A DNA stretch of 64,000 bases from Tubiluchus corallicola. Its lineage: Eukaryota > Animalia > Priapulida. How positions within the stretch are numbered: the first letter of the stretch is position 1; the number at the start of each line of letters is the position of its first letter. Location of the stretch: contig JAQGDQ010000024.1 in NCBI GenBank assembly GCA_030141605.1, forward strand, positions 620,001 through 684,000, in the 5' to 3' direction. The position numbers and the translations under genes are program-made. Shown piece after piece: positions 1 to 31,748 of this stretch. The notes below the pieces were generated by a model, which made no database searches, had not been told where the DNA came from, and worked only from the letters and a program-made list of their open reading frames with translations.

Positions 1-727
1 TTCTCACTTCTTTGAAAGACATTTGGTATCAGTACTCAACAGTTTTTGCCTTTAGCTCCTCTGCATCAAACGATTGAATACCATATAGTCCAGAGGATTA
101 AGTTATTTTTTTTGACTAATTTTTGTTAATGTTTTATTTTCTGTAGTGAAGACCATGTAAACTGGTTGACTTCTTTATTGTTTTGTTACCATGTATTGGG
201 TACTTTGCCTGTCATCGTGGCTTTTTTTATTAATGGTTAACATTCCATCATTTAATTTTTCTAACATGCAAAAGCTTTTCAGCCATAACTTAAAAATTAC
301 TAAAGCTAGAAACTGGTAACTTTCACAGTCAAAAGCTAATATTGTAGAGCACCTTATTTCAGTATAAACTTTGGTACATTTTTTCTGCATCATCCAATAT
401 ATAAAAACGGCTCAATTAAACATACTGTGTGTGCGCTACGTGTTAGCAGACTTTTATTTAGGGTTTACTTTTTTCATTGACCAAGGATCTTTATTAGTTC
501 TGATGAAATAAATTGACAGTCCTTGTACTGTCAAAAATTTATTATCACGTTTGCAGAGTAAATGCCAAAATAGAAAAATTGACAAAGATATGACATCCAT
601 CGATATCCACTGACGCAAATTTAATAATCAAAGAGCTTTTTTACTTTATTTATATTTGAGTTATTAGCTCACTCCAAAGGAAAAAAATGACATGCATAAA
701 AGCGTTCCTCCTTGTCTGCTCAAATAA

Positions 728-18813
<18,086 letters not shown>

Positions 18814-20309
18814 AAAGTTCAGAGGCCTGTTACGGGATAGTGGGTTTACAGTAGTGAATGTTAATGTTCTGTGAGTCTTGGCTGATTTTGTTCATTTCAA
18901 TGCAACTGATTTGTTATTTTTTAGCGTAGAGAATAATTCATTTTAATCCTATAAAAGTCTGTGTATAGCCTTTTGTTTATAAAATGTACTAAGCTCTGAT
19001 GCGAAAGCTGGATCTTTCAAATGACTAGCACTTAATATGTGTTGGTAAGCCTGTTGAAACTCTTTAAACTTCATGTACCTGGTTAATGTAGTATATTTTA
19101 AAATTTAAAAAAGTAGTTTTGCTATATGATGAAGTATGAGTTGAGTACTGTAGCCGGAATGCATCAGAATAACTAACAGCCATGTTGTGATTGTCTCATC
19201 GAAAATTTAGCTGTGGCCTACATTGTATATCATTCTTATGTGAAGGTGTATTGATCAACCTACTCAAAATTTAAACGTGACCTATTGTTTTGATATCCTT
19301 TCTTTCAACTGAAAAATAACCTCTTGGTCTATAGATGTAACAATCCTACAGCGTTTGTCTGTAAGCCATCTTGCTTACAAAATTTAAGATGTATTTTAAG
19401 TTCTTGGCCTTCATTTATTTTATGTGTTCAGTGGATTAACTTTAAAACTTCTGTAACTTATCGTTAAGAGCTTCAAATCTATAGTTTTATTTATACTCTA
19501 GTAGTAGTACTGTAATCTGATTTTCAATGTTTAGAAAAAGTTCCAGTAGGTCATATGTTGACTGCTGTTGGTTTTTTGTTTTTATCGCTAGGAAAAACGT
19601 TTGTATTATAGTGACTAATATTATTACTGGCAGCAAAGGTCACTGGGTGGTACAATGATGTGGTGTACATTTTGGTAATAGGCAAGTTTGGTGTATTTAG
19701 TATTATACATTAGATTTGGGCTTTCGTTCTATGGTGTAGACTGTTGGCCAGTTGTCATAGTAGTGCCATTTATGCTGTAGATAATGTATGCATTTGAACA
19801 TGGTTTATATCTATACCTGTGTTTTAAACTAAAATTGGATGGTATTTTGGACTGTTGTTATGCGAATTATTTTGTATTTGATTGTTGTAAATTAATTGAT
19901 TACCTTTACTAAAAATCCTGAGCTAGTGTGGTAAATTTCAGAGCTTCTTATTTCTAAAGTTTCCAGTATTAGGATTATTAGCGGTCACTGTTATGATGTT
20001 TAAGCAGTTGTTTCTCATGTGCTCATCCAATCGTGGGTTTTTATTCAAGCAAAAGCCATGAATGAATGTTGCTTTTGGAACACTTTTCAGCTTTCTCCAG
20101 TTTTCACAATACCACTTGAATTGTAATTACATATATTCTCTATCAATTATTTAACTAGACAGTTTTGTGCCCTTTGTTGCAGCCACTAAAGTGATGCATT
20201 TTGCCTAAAAAAAAAAAAAAAACTCTGTTGAATCTATACCAAATAACTTGTTGTTAATGCGTATGTGCAATTTGATTACCTATAATTATCTAATTTATTT
20301 TATGTCGCA

Positions 20310-20345
20310 AATAAATCTTTTATTGTGTAAACCTGATTTAATAAA
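20310..20345 (+). terminator. Candidate PNO polyadenylation signals
   Basis: Two AATAAA (20310-20315, 20340-20345) at the end of a T-rich stretch of about 1.5 kb after the stop; the AT-rich context makes this tentative. Confidence 0.35.
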
Positions 20346-20867
20346 TGAAATTTGATAATGAGTTTGAAGAATTTTACTTTATTCACTACGAAGACGACTT
20401 TGGTGTTATCATCAAATGGCCTATATGAACATTATTTTTTAAACTCACAGAAGTTAATGGCACTCTGAGAGTGGAATTCACTCACTCTCACTCTCCCTCA
20501 CTGTGACTGTCGTTTCAGTGATGCAGCGGGACTGCTACGTAGTACTGTAAGAATAACATGGAGCCACAGCTAAAAGAAAAATTAATTTGGATGAGTGTTG
20601 GAAGTGTTGTGTTGTACATACACAATGCCATCTGTTTTTTTTTTGCAAAATCTACCATTTAGTATTGGCAAATAAATAATTTGTAGCTGGTTTCAGCAGC
20701 TGGAAGAGTAATAAACATTGACACTAAACTCTTATAAAATTGATTTGTGAAAACTCAGATAACATTAATTTCGTTTTACTTCCATTAAAAGATAACTGAT
20801 TAACACTCAGCCACTGATGAACTGTCAAAACTGTGCTCGATCAAGTTTATCCTGTTTAACGATTTTG

Positions 20868-20912
20868 CATGATGATGTTGATGATGATGACGATGACGAC
20901 GACGATGATGAT
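20868..20912. repeat. (GAT/GAC)n microsatellite
   Basis: gatgatgttgatgatgatgacgatgacgacgacgatgatgat. Confidence 0.85.
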
Positions 20913-22268
20913 AACCGAATCGTTCGCCACCGCACTGTTGATTTAACTACTTATTTTTGCTAGATAAGTGTACAAGTTTGAAGTGATCAGCAATTAATTC
21001 AGTGGAAATCACAAATATCATTACCAATATTGAAGCCATACGAAATTCAAATGAATTTTAGAAAAGTCTGGGCGTTGTAAGTCTAAAATACTGCGTGGAC
21101 CACGCACGTCTTTGCCTGCCAACTTGCCCCCCCCCCCATACCGTCCACACAGACAAAGAGGAACGCTCAAGTAGTAACGATGACCAGTAAATATTTCCTA
21201 ACACAAAAGTAAAAGTGTTTATTTTGCTAATCACTTTGTAATTAAAGGAGCATGCTGATGCTGTTATTAATTGCTGAATGCCGTGAAGTAAACATGAAGG
21301 CCTAAATGAATTCTACAACCTTGGTTGAATCCTACAGTTTGTTAAAAACTTCAAATCATTAGAAGTGTGGCTTCTTTGCTAACTGCGGCCTTGAAACAAT
21401 AAAATGCGATGCAACATGATGAAGCCTTCACACAAAGCAAAGAGTGAGGATAATAACAGCACTCTACCGTAATCTGTCCACCAATGAAAAGTTTAATATC
21501 GCAATCACGGTTGATCACATTTTAGTTTGCTTGGATCCTGTTTCAATTAAGTTGCAGACGAATCAATAAAGCTGCAGTGCAAAATGATACGTCTTACCAC
21601 AATTTTACCAGTGCATTCGAAAATGCAACAATTTTGGGGCTTAAATAATGTCTTTGATTCACTGCTGTATCATTTTCCAAGAGTTTAAAAAAAATAAGAC
21701 TAAACAAAAAACAGCATTTTGTAACTAGTCTTAGTGTGCAGGCTTATTAAATCAGTTACATGCATATATTAGCAGCCTAGAAGACCTGTTTGATTTCAAT
21801 TAACGAAAGAGGTTTAACGGCTGATTCTCTATAGAAAACATCAGTTTTGACAGGGACAATTTTTACAAACATGTATAAGTCTTATCTTGCTTTCGCACAC
21901 CAAAATGTATAAATGCCTTTGAATTTACTGGGGCATCGATATAGTTTTGGTATGTTCTGTACATATTTTGCCTCCACTAAGCTTATCAATAATTAAAAAG
22001 GCTGTGACATGACATTATCGAAATTACATGTAGGTTAACTTTGCTTGTAACCAAGCAACACGCGGTGACAAGGAAAACAGTAAAATACACATTGGCGACA
22101 GGTAGCTAATTGCCAGAAGATGAAAAGTGAACGGGAACAACCTGGTTAATTATAACAGAACGAACGATCGAGTGGTATATTGAAACAAGCTGTCGATAGT
22201 GCAAATACTTAAACTATGTAACCGTAAACAAATGTAGTTATCAACAGCTGTTTGTTTGCTTGCGGAAG

Positions 22269-25200
22269 ATGTCAACTCCGCGCCAGTTCTCAATCCAGTT
22301 CACCGGCACGGCGGACAAGATTCCTATTTTTGAACCCGGACAAACGGTCAACGGTGACGTATTTGTCGAATGGGAAGAAAGCACTAACGTTAGAGGTATA
22401 CCATAGCTAAACAACGCATCATTTTTAAGTTTTAGTGTGTTCCATCGTTCGGATTTCTTTCATGCATATTTCATAAATATTGTTTGTGGTTGTGTGATAA
22501 TTATCAGTCACTGCCGTATCTTTAATGGCACGAACACTAGTATCCTAAACCTTGATAATTTACCAATTACTCAGCATATCAATTTTATACTTGTACCCTT
22601 TACACGTTTTATTGTGGTATAGTGCCTATTTTCCGAAAATCCGTAAATTCATCTAACCTTCATCACTATTCACAATACATCTGTATCATTATTCTAGATT
22701 TGCAGTATGTAGCAGTACTTAGAAGCCGGCACTCCTTATATTCACTTGACTAATTCAAGCAACGTGCCTTCTTATAGACATATAAAATGAGAATGCAAAA
22801 ATTAACTATAACACTTCAAAGCGCTTCTAGTTCTATATAAAATAATGTCACCACTCAGTACACGTTATGCATAGTAAATACGTTTAACATAGTCATGCAT
22901 TCGCAATCTACAGTGTCGCCATCTACAAAAACTAAATTTCGGGGCTAATCCGTCTTATATAAATTTAAACCATTAATGCAAAAATGAAAAAGTCGTAATG
23001 AAAAGTTAATCTGGCTAAAAGATTCAGCACTAGCGTTAATTTAAGTGAAAAAAAACCAAAGATTATCTACATGTAATAAAGGTATGTAACAATACATTTA
23101 CATCTGTGTAGGGGCTTTAGCAGAGTAGTTATTTCGTGCCGAAGTCTCTTTTTGCGCAAAAATTCAAAAATAGATATCCCAGATCTATGATGAAATAATT
23201 ACTGACGTCATCCAGCAGAAAATCTATTTAATGGTGCTATATAGGTTATATATACCTTCGCGCTGCCTCTGTGAGATGAGTCCAAAAGAAATGTAGGTGA
23301 AAATGCGTGATATGATATTATTATCATGTAGATATAAGTGTATATGTAATTATGTTATGTTGCGTAATTTTGTTATATAATTATGTACTGTAGATAAATG
23401 CCACTAGAATTCCAGAAGTTTACAACTTCGGTTCACAGAACACTTTCCGAAACTGTTACGAATAGGATAGTTGGACAAAAGTTATTTTAACCAAGGCTCT
23501 TTCTTTGTGCTACTAACACAATTTACCTTTATCTAACATGTAATATGTAAGCTGCATTGAATGTTGTCGCGGCAGGTTATTCCCACTATTCAAAATTTTA
23601 TGTACCATTGAACCTAAATCAAATTAAAACTATAAAATTAGAATCAATATGGTATTTCGCTTTGCGTTAAGTATAACGATAAAGTAGAAATATTTTGCTT
23701 TAAAGTAAGTGTTTAAACTCTTTATTTCGTTTCATGAATATTATGAACTCGTGACCGTAAAATCTAAAAAAACTACATGGGCATTCTTCATCATTCAAAA
23801 ACTTCATGGTTGTCGTTACCTTCATCATCTTATCATCGCTTACACTATATGATCAGATCACCATCACCATCATCATCGCTGTTGCTGCCGTTGTCACTGT
23901 CACACAGCCGCTTTTACATAATTATGCTATAACTGCCGCACTTATCGTCATAGATTCGCAGCATGATCGTACCATCCACATCGTCTTACTATGCTGTCCG
24001 ATCATATAAAGTATAGCAAAATTACGTTTATATTTTTTTACCTTTTTACTCAGCAATCCGTCTGCATGCAACAGGGGAAAGTTCGGTAAGATGGTCAGAA
24101 GGCTCTGGAGAACACAAGAAAACGTACTCCAATTCGGAGATCTATTTCGACTTCAACACAGACCTGTTCGGAAAAGGTAGACAGACGCAAAACAAACACG
24201 TTTTCCAAATATCACTATGAAATATTTTTCTAAAATATTATAATGTATCAAATACGTGTATATTTGTGTATGGATATTTAAAGTGTTGTTCACGTTCGCT
24301 GAATAGAAATTAGTTCCTTCCCCTTTTTGAGAGCTGCGATATATTGGCAATGGTAGTGTACATTCGGGTTTCTAACAAGGTTTTTAAAGTTTTGGTTGGT
24401 AGAGGTTTGTTTGGCATTCTTACAAGACTGCATAGAGATAGGCTTATTCAACGCTTCGTAATCTTTATCTATAATAAAAACGAAGACCTGTCAGTGGATT
24501 ATTTATGCACGCCCACATACTGCAGTAAAACATCAAATGTGGTGTACCACCGAAACTAGCACGGTCCCGGGAAACTGCTAGACTTATGTCAATTTAGAGC
24601 ACCGCCCCTCCCTCAATATGGCAGGCATTCGGAATAGTATTTTAGAATATTCTAGTACTACTAGGTATACAGTCGCCGATTCGTTCTTTTCAGGAGTTTT
24701 AGAAGATCCTGAATTCGAATACCGACGTCCTCTCTCTATCCGAATAACGCCAGCCAGTATGCCGGCCAAGATGGCATCCAAAATCAACTAACTTCTAAAT
24801 AAAATTCATTTTAAATCAGATACACCGACAATAATTTTTTTGTTTAACATTTCAGCGGAAAGCGACAGATCGAAAGGCAGCCTAGAAATAGCCGGAGGAG
24901 AACACAACTTTCCATTTTCATTTACGATTCCTATAAACATTCCGCCCACCTACACGGGCGCCCTTGGACAAATATGTTACAAATGCTCAGCAAAGATCGA
25001 ACTGGGTCAGAAAGTCGATCCTAAAAAAGAGGCTTCATTTATTGTAAAGGCGAATGAGTTTCTGGATTTAGAGCACGTACCAGATGCCAAGGTAAAAAAC
25101 GTCTAGCTGAAAAACTTGTGCATCGAACATTTTACTGAACTTACATTTTTGATTTCGTTTTTCATTTTCCCTGTTGTTCAGACTTAATGGTCCATTTATA

Positions 25201-28200
25201 CATAGAGCGGTCATCTCGCAATTTCCTGCTTGATTTGCCGCAAAGGATTTTCGCATGGTACTTTCTCGCGATTCGCCGCTTAAATATAAAGCGGTTTTTA
25301 CATTGTCGCCGCGCTACTTTCTGTAAAGAACGTTGGCTTTAGGTTAAACTTTGGCGTTAAATTTATACATACGAAATCTAGAAAATATAGGCATACATCA
25401 TTAGCATATACCAAGAAAATCCATCTACGGCGAATATCATCACCTCGCCTACAAGAACTCTTCTTTCGCTCAGACAACGTTGCGTACAAAAATTCGCGCT
25501 AATTAAAAAAAATCAGCTGGCGAAATTGCGCCGCCTATGATTTTTCCAGCCAGTTTATCTCATTTTGTATAAACGATGCAATATGAAATAACATAGACTA
25601 ATTGTTAGTGGAAATCCGTGCAGAAAATATATATATCCGTGCCAATAATATAAACGGACCTTTGTTATCTTGATTAGACACCACGGTTCTTCAATAGTTT
25701 TGGGCCTATAAGATTGGTTTGATAGTTTAGGAGCGAGGAAGTAAAAAATTGTAATTACTCAAAAAAGTAGTTTGGTAATGCGCAGCAATTCACCAGCTCA
25801 ATTTAGTGCAGAAAAAGCAAAACTACATAGTCAAAATTCTGAAAGAGAACAATTATTAATAAATATTTCACTAGGAATCCTTATTTATTTTTGTTGTGGA
25901 AATTTTAGCGTCTGTGAATACGTTGTATTAATGAATATGCTGCTTTATTTTAATGTCAGAAAAAACTAAGTTTGGATGAATAATAGGGTTGTAATATCGT
26001 TTTCAGCTTCCTGTCGAAGCAGCCGGTTATTTGCAACTGTGTTGCCTGTTCTGCAAGACTGATCCCATCAAGTGCAAGATAAAGTCTCCACAAATGGGTT
26101 GGCTTCCTGGCCAGTGGCTAACTGTGGAGATAGACGTTGATAACAGAAGTAGCAGACGAATTCGCCTCGTAGAAGCCCAGCTAAAAATGGTAGGTATGTA
26201 CAATCTGTCGCAGGGTGTTTAATGGCAACTGGGACTTTGGTGATAAAATCAATGAAGGTGGCAGTGGAGACAGTTGTGATGGTAGACAGCTACAATGTTA
26301 ATGGTGGTGGTGATCGTGGGACACTAGTGATGACGGCGAAGGTGGTGGTGTGGTAACAACAGTGGTAGTGGTGATGGTGGCACTTTTGGTGTTGATTATC
26401 GTGGTGGTATAGCAATATTGGTGATGGCGGTTATGATGATAATTACGATGATCATAACAGGGATGACGATGACGATGACGACGATAACGATGATATGATA
26501 TGGTTGATATAATACGTTATGGTGTTACATTATTTTTTAGTTTGGATGTTTTAAAACTGTGCAATAGCAACATTTCCAAAAAATGCAACAGTAGCATTTC
26601 CAAAAAATCCGCCAGTAAACCTAAATCAGCAGAATATATATATAATTATAGGAATTATTCTATAAGTTGTAAATATTAACAAAACTGAATAAATGACATT
26701 ACGACTAAAGATAAAGATTCAGCAAAAACGGCGGATGTATAAAAGCCATGTATGCGAATGTTAAAATATACATAATACCGTAAATATGCAATATACTAAT
26801 ACATTAATATTATGTAAACACTAAGTTGGCGCAATCATATTTTGGTTTGCAAGCTAAAATTTAATTAAAATCCGACGATAACAGGTGTATATAAAACGAC
26901 AGAGGTGGTGGTTATGGTGGTTATGATGGTTGTAACGATGTTGATGATCATGACAACAACCATTATTGTCAAAAGTCATTGTTATTATCATTATTACAAG
27001 TGCACCATTAAGTTCCCTATTTAAATGCCCCATCCATTATTGGTCCACCAGAATTAGGCTTACTTGACTTGACCGTTTTCCATTTGTACAGGTGGATACA
27101 TTTCATGCGATTGGGAAGTCGTCTGATCACGCGTCTACCATTGTCTCCAACGCTTTGAGGGAAGGACTAGCAGATAAGCGAAAGTCAGCTCATCACAATG
27201 TTTCGTTGTACATACCAGACAATACAAAACCAAGCGGCCATCTTAGTAGTTGTAAAATTATAGAGAGCAAATACGTTATCCAGGTAATTGGCTGTACAGT
27301 GTTTCACGCGTTTGAAGAACGGTTGTTTTTAGCTTATAGGTCTATACTAGAGCATGGAAAGAGCCATCTATTGGTGAACCATGGATCCCTATGGATTAGC
27401 TGTATATTAAGGGTCTATAATGTGGGAGCCAATTGTGAACCCATGTCCTGTCACTACAGGACATGCAAAAACTAACTACAGCCACTGTATGCGTCAAACT
27501 GGTTACAATTTTCAAGAGATATTTATGTTGTATTAGCAGTATAATTTTTTTATATACATGTACTATGAACTATGAACTAGGTCTATATACCTATAGACTT
27601 TACTGATCAGCTCATTCTACTGGACTACTAGTTTACTGATCTGCAAAAGTAGTCTAGTAGTCGAATAATTGATCTACATTAGACCGATAAGATAACAGGT
27701 AAATATATTAATTGGCTTAAACCTCAGTGTATGTTTTCAATACTAACTTTCTTAAGCTGTAAAAACGCAATTTATACTCTCTGTAGTTGTCGTACAATTT
27801 GTTTACAACTACTGGTGGTGTTGTACTTGCTTACGAAAATGCTATAATCCTCTGTATAGTTGCAATTCGAATGATATAAATTCTCACAATTGCTTGTATT
27901 TTCTTTTTTGTCAATTAGGTTACAGTATCTCCAAGTGGTTTAACTTGGAGTCAACTTACTGCCAGGGCTCCAATTATCATAGGATCTGATGTTCCTGAAC
28001 AAACTATACAAATGGCTTCCAGTATGGTCTCGAAACCATCACGTGAGCAAAACGGTAGTGTGGTGCCTGATAGTCCTCCACCAAGTTACCAACCTGAACC
28101 ACCATTATCTGAACAAAACAATAGGCCTAAATCATCTGGTAAAAAACATCGCGTTTCCACAGAACAACTTCAAAGTCACCCTCATCAACCGATGACAGAA

Positions 28201-28452
28201 GAGGAACCTAGTGTTGCTCAGGTAGAGCAGGATAAACCTGATTATAATGAACAATCGCTTGTTCAGCAAACAAAAAGTCAGGAGTCTCTGCTTGGAAGCA
28301 GTGATTCCCATGAAAATCAAATAAATGCCAAGGAAAGCAATTCTCGGGAAAGTAGCCCTTCTCAAAATAGCCATCCAAAACCAGATGAGGCAATCGATTG
28401 TAACCCGTATGTGCCTACAAGCAGCGAGCCTCAAGATCATGAAGAATTATAA
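22269..28452 (+). CDS. Alpha-arrestin / arrestin domain-containing protein (ARRDC family), 6 exons, 464 aa
   Basis: Exons 22269-22395, 24054-24176, 24856-25091, 26007-26189, 27092-27283, 27919-28452 (1395 nt, in frame). Arrestin-N: IFEPGQTVNGDVFV, GESSVRWSEG, GEHNFPFSFTIPINIPPTYTGALGQICY. Arrestin-C: LCCLFCKTDPI, GWLPGQWLTVEIDVDNRSSR, CKIIESKYVIQV, PIIIGS. PPSY motif in the low-complexity tail. Confidence 0.9.
25201..25539. mobile_element. Possible degenerate MITE in ARRDC intron 3
   Basis: CATAGAGCGG...CGCAATTTC at the left end versus GAAATTGCGCCGCCTATG at the right end (imperfect inverted ends); CpG-rich interior; no clear TSD. Confidence 0.4.
26240..26505. repeat. Degenerate (GGT/GAT/GAC)n low-complexity tract
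   Basis: Visible trinucleotide periodicity in ARRDC intron 4. Confidence 0.75.
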
Positions 28453-28577
28453 TGCATTTTGATCAATCTTTTTAAATATGGAAGAAATACATACATGTAT
28501 ATTTTCTTTAAATTATATAAATACAACTGCTTAAACATCGAATTTAACTTATGCCAAAGTTTCTTTCTATTGTTTGT

Positions 28578-28790
28578 ATCACGACCTATACAATCTGACC
28601 GGTGAATGTCCAATTCATATACACCGTGTGTGTTAAGATCCTCTCTTATATAGTTTTGGACGAGGGCATTCGTATTTTCGTCTGCTTCTTCTTTAATTAT
28701 ATCAATTCGGACAGAGATCTGTCTAGAATACTGCTCCAATTCGTTCACTTTTGCCTCCAACTTGCTACATTTTTCTTCGAGTTCTGATAC
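28578..28790 (-). mobile_element. LINE ORF1 fragment (CR1/L2-clade type)
   Basis: Minus-strand translation LEAKVNELEQYSRQISVRIDIIKEEADENTNALVQNYIREDL...LDIHRSDCIG resembles the recalled LEQYSRRNNxRIxGIxE...ENT...DIDRSHRIG pattern of non-LTR ORF1 proteins. Confidence 0.75.
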
Positions 28791-30261
28791 TTCAGTTGAA
28801 ACTGGATTGCATTTAGATTATGGCTTATCATTATCAGTAACCCGATTGCTATCCTTGGTTTTTTCCACTTAATTGCTGCTTTTTGTGTAGCTTACATACA
28901 TTTATCTCTGACGGAGACAGAATTATATTTTATACCGTAAACAGGAGTGCTGTTCTGACACAGTGCCATTAGTTAAACAGAGGCCTCGCTTGATTAGATG
29001 ATCAACTCTCAGTTAATTCGACATCTCTGTAATGTAGTTTCTACACGTACCTCAGTACAGTGTTAAAACTTTTGAACTGACGAAGACGATACCGAAAAGT
29101 GGCGCCACCTTTATACAACATTGCAAAGCTGTGAAGAGCAAACGTCCTGACCGGTCGGTCTTAATATCGGCGCAGAAGTACAAGCTTCAATTTTTTGCTT
29201 ACAGCATTTCTCAGAGTTTTTCTCAAATATTAGTCCTATCAGTAGCAAATGAAAAGTCTCTATTGACGAGCACTGCATAAGGCAGACTTAGCTGCTGTGT
29301 GTCACAACGCAAATGAAAGCAAACTAAATTTGACGCCAAATCCTTAGCAACTTATATATAACAGTAGCTTAAATATATGTATTAAGGAAAAACAAGATTG
29401 ACTGAAACACTGATACTACTCTGCTATGCCTGAATTGAGATCTCGCTAAGACTGCGTAGCTCCCGTAACGCGCTACACGTAACCTAAATCTGAACCTAGG
29501 GCCTAATCATCCCTAATGTCTACGACGCTCGTAAAAACAGCAAAACTAAGTACGTAAAAAATAAAATAAGATAAAAAGTGATAAAACTAAAATAGTGCTT
29601 TAAGACAGAATTAATTATTGTTATGTTCGCACTGATATGACTCGATTTTTATTGTTAAGTACGCGCGCGCGGTATGCTATTCCACCATCACCAAAGTTTA
29701 CAATCACCGAAATTTTAGTATTTATGGACTAAACACTCTCATCATCTCATGAAATCAGATACAGTGCCTTATAATAATTTGTACTATTTTGCGTCGCACA
29801 TAATGCGTTGCACTATTTCTGTGATATATCTTATTTCTAGATACTCCAAATTAATTATGTTAGTTTTTTAAAACCTTACATAATAAATTATCAATCTGTT
29901 TTGTGAGTTAATTTAGTTGTATGACGCCCCATATCACATGCATTTTTCGTCATCGAAGTGTTTTGGAAAACTTGCTTGCAAAGTAATTCTATACAGAAGA
30001 ATCTTTGGTAGTGATATTGTTCTCGTTCTTGTTGTGCTTCACCTAGTAAGTTTGTATTAAGTGGATACTCCATATTAGTTTTTTACTTCGTGATTTGTAT
30101 CTGTTTTTAATATTGTAAGATCACAATAGAGTTACTCTGTATTCTAATTTTTTATAAAAAAAACTGATCCTGGCAAAGAGAAGGTTTGTTCTAAATGGCA
30201 ATCCAGGCCAGTTGGTCACGCTTTTCAGATACATGCGAGAAAAACTTACGTGCATGTGGGG

Positions 30262-30301
30262 ATGTGTGCGTGTGTGTGCGTGTGTGTGTGTGCGCGCGCG
30301 C
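30262..30301. repeat. (TG)n/(CG)n microsatellite
   Basis: tgtgtgcgtgtgtgtgcgtgtgtgtgtgtgcgcgcgcgc. Confidence 0.9.
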
Positions 30302-31036
30302 ACATGTCCGGCAAGCGAGTAAGTCAATGCTTCGCATTTCGGACTAATTGTATTATTAAAAACACGTGATGGTTCAGCACTTATAAATTGGCATTCAGTT
30401 ACTCTTCATTGTTGATGATCCACCCCGTGTAAAGTAGATATTCCATGCAGTATTAACAAAATGCCGTGACAGTAGGCATAGTTTTTGTTGTCGTTTGAGC
30501 AAATAAAAAATACAACTGCAAAAAGTAGTACAATTTTAAATGTCTGGATAAGCCATTTACTCGCTGCTTAACAAAGAGCACCTGACGCAACAGACGGTTA
30601 CTGTTTGGACAGATGAGGGAAGGACGAATTGACATCGGTACTATCATTGGGCCTATTGTTTCTTTATACCGAGTGTTACAAACTCTTACTAATTTAATTT
30701 TCACTTTTTTGCAGTTAATTACTAACGACTTGCGTTAAACTCCTATTCAGTCGTTGTGATTTTTAGCGCACATTTGGAGGTTTGTGCTGTTTTCTTTTTT
30801 ACCACGCTGAATCGTTAGAGCAGAATTAAAAATCGCTGTAGTAGACACATATAAAACCAAGTTTAATGCAATTAAAATTTCACAATTAAATCGTTATCTT
30901 TTGCAGTTGTTACTATTTCAATAGAGGGTGGATCATAATCTTTTACTAGAGGTGTACAAATACAACGAGTAATATAGTACAGAACAATTTATTATATCAA
31001 AGTATTCGCTCAAACAATGGCGTCTCTAACATGCCT

Positions 31037-31310
31037 TCAATATTTGGTATAGAAACCTCGAATGTCTCCCACAGCGTGCAATCTTTTAAGGGGTATGATT
31101 AGAGCAGTGTCGAGGAACTCAAAATCCTCCAATGCGTCTTGCAGATGTCACACAAGCTTATCCGCTAAATGCTGACGAACAGCACGTTTTTCCATAATGC
31201 TGGCGTTCATTCTGTCCTTCAGAAGGGCTCCAATGTGTTTGCTGAGGTCCGGTGAATTTTTAAGCCATTCAGCTCAATCGAAAAAATCAATACCAGAAGT
31301 TTCAGGTAAC
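31037..31310 (-). mobile_element. Decayed Tc1/mariner transposase C-terminal fragment
   Basis: Minus strand: SGIDFFD*AEWLKNSPDLSKHIGALLKDRM (WPxNSPDLN motif), then, after frameshifts, SYP/KRLHAVGDIRGFYTKY* (Tc1-type C-terminus). Stops and frameshifts present. Confidence 0.75.
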
Positions 31311-31674
31311 CATATGTACGAATCATGGTAAGGAGGTGACACAACCATAGAAATGACCAGGGTTACTGTAAAATAGGAAAAAGAACAAAACAACATGCAC
31401 GCTCCTGATGTGCAAACTCTAATAAACTAAATTTTGAAGGGAAGAGGCATGATTCGGGAAACTGATTACGACATGAAAAACGAAATATCAATGTTAGATC
31501 ACTTACTCTGGAATGATTAATTTTAATTTTGATTAATTTTCCTGAAATTCCCGTGGGCAATTAATTAATCATTTCTAGTTTTAATATCCAATGTATTACC
31601 AATGATGGTAGAAGTCCAAAGTTAACTGAATCTTGAAACCAAACTTGAAAGAAGGAAAATGTAAAAAAAAAGTT

Positions 31675-31748
31675 GCAACTCGCCCTGGACTTGAACCAGT
31701 GTGACCTTCCGTTAACAGGGCTGACTACCAGACTGCCATATTCCTCAA
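31675..31748 (-). pseudogene. tRNA-derived (Asn-GTT-like) SINE head or pseudo-tRNA
   Basis: Minus strand: A box TGGCAGTCTGG, loop CTGTTAA, B box GGTTCAAGTCC in a CTGG/CCAG T-stem, followed by a T run. Acceptor and anticodon stems do not pair properly. Confidence 0.55.

Noticed and set aside
28132-28440. Minus-strand ORFs over the last ARRDC exon
   Set aside because: Antisense shadows of a real coding exon.
31675-31748. Functional tRNA-Asn gene
   Set aside because: Acceptor, D and anticodon stems do not pair.
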